A program made the position numbers and the translations under genes. DNA of 57,610 nt from Bdellovibrionales bacterium (GTDB taxonomy: Bacteria > Bdellovibrionota > UBA1018 > CAIMNF01), in assembly GCA_018969905.1 (NCBI GenBank), contig JAGWXK010000003.1, forward strand, positions 1 through 57,610. The letters run 5' to 3'. The notes under the pieces were generated by a model. It did not search any database. It had not been told where the DNA came from and saw only the letters and a program-made list of their open reading frames with translations. Below, piece after piece: positions 56,682 to 57,610 of this stretch; the first letter of the stretch is position 1, and each line of letters opens with the position of its first letter.

Positions 56682-57610
56682 ATCTTTTGCTGAAGGGCGC
56701 CCTGCCGGAAGCGAGCGGGGCTCTTGTCTTTCATGCGGATTCGATTGCCGATGACGATGATGAGGAACAATCGGGCGAAAACTCAAGCGACAACTCGCGC
56801 GCAGGCGAGCAAACAGATCCCGTAGGGCACGACAAAAAAGATGACTGGGATCTTGCGGTCAGATTCCGCGACATCCAGCGCTACGGCTACCTTGAGCCAA
56901 AAAAGAAAAAAGAAATGAGCGAGCAGGCCATTCAGGCGATTCTTTTGCGAGCCCGTGAAAGTCTTGGCCCCATCCAAAAGCCATATCGGTATCAGACTCT
57001 GGATGCGCGATCCGCTGAAGAGTGGTCCGCTCGGGGTGCCGCCTCCGAGCTTGATGTCGAAGAGACGCTTTTACAAGCAGAACCCATGTTCCAGGTGAGG
57101 CTTGAGCGAGATCACGGGCTTGTCTTGATTCTTGATACCTCGCTTTCGATGAAGGGCGAAAAGCTTGCGCTTCTTGGGGTGACTGTGGCGGCGGTCTGCG
57201 AGAGCGTGCCGGCGGACGCACTTTGCATTTTGGGGTTTGACTCTGAAATTCATGCCATCAAGGAGTTTTCAGAAAAAATCGACACTGCGAGTGCGATCGA
57301 GCGCACCCTTTCGATTCCGGCCGGTGGATTCACGAACATTGAGAGGGGATTGCGTGCGGCACGCGAGCGGATCGAAGGATCAGGGAAGCATCAGGCCCGG
57401 GTGATTCTGGTGTCAGATGGACGGTACACAGAAGGGAAGAATCCGGTCTTGGAAGCGAGAAATTTCCGGATGATTTACCCCGTCAAAATCGGAAAAGACC
57501 CGGGCGGTCGGAGTGTCATGAGGGAAATCGCGGACACGGGGCAGGGCCGGTTCGCCGAGGTGCGTGAGATGCATGAGCTTCCACGCTTTTTGTTGCACGC
57601 GATTCGCTCG
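56660..57610 (+). CDS. VWA (MIDAS) domain reading frame in the -1 frame of the AAA gene, running off the window end
   Basis: Manual translation: acidic linker DDDDEEQSGENSSD, then LILDTSLSM (DxSxS), GGFTNI and ILVSDG. The frame is open from 56651 to 57610; the first ATG is at 56915. Confidence 0.85.

Overview
Bacterial chromosomal window. The lineage is plausibly Bdellovibrionota/Oligoflexia-like, inferred only from the many orphan secreted proteins and sigma-54-type promoters. Contents in order: (1) secreted and orphan genes, including an M14 carboxypeptidase and a PI3/PI4-kinase-like protein (1-8.9 kb); (2) a self-contained ~19 kb purine-catabolism island (8.8-27.7 kb) with an NCS2 permease, a MOT1-type molybdate transporter, Moco biosynthesis genes, xdhABC, a PuuD urate oxidase whose C-terminal cytochrome c appears replaced by a cupredoxin-like domain, HIU hydrolase, and a ~1580-aa four-domain fusion of malate synthase, OHCU decarboxylase, beta-lactamase-like serine hydrolase and allantoicase, in which the serine hydrolase sits where the missing allantoinase step should be; (3) a Pit transporter and a structured 170-bp repeat; (4) a SqrR/BigR-type sulfur cluster with TolC and RND; (5) dinB and lipoproteins; (6) an ORF-less, apparently complete group II intron-like RNA (~43.2-44.0 kb) behind a sigma-54-like promoter, lacking the canonical 5' GUGYG and the branch A, followed by a palindromic element; (7) an ECF sigma/anti-sigma pair divergent from a secreted Cys/His-rich peptide, with mirror-image promoters; (8) MFS, lexA, MoxR-DUF58-transglutaminase, a DoxX pair and two APC permeases; (9) a CoxD-like AAA gene joined to a VWA domain through a candidate -1 frameshift. 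No rRNA, tRNA or CRISPR array was seen. All family calls come from motif recognition by eye, not database searches.
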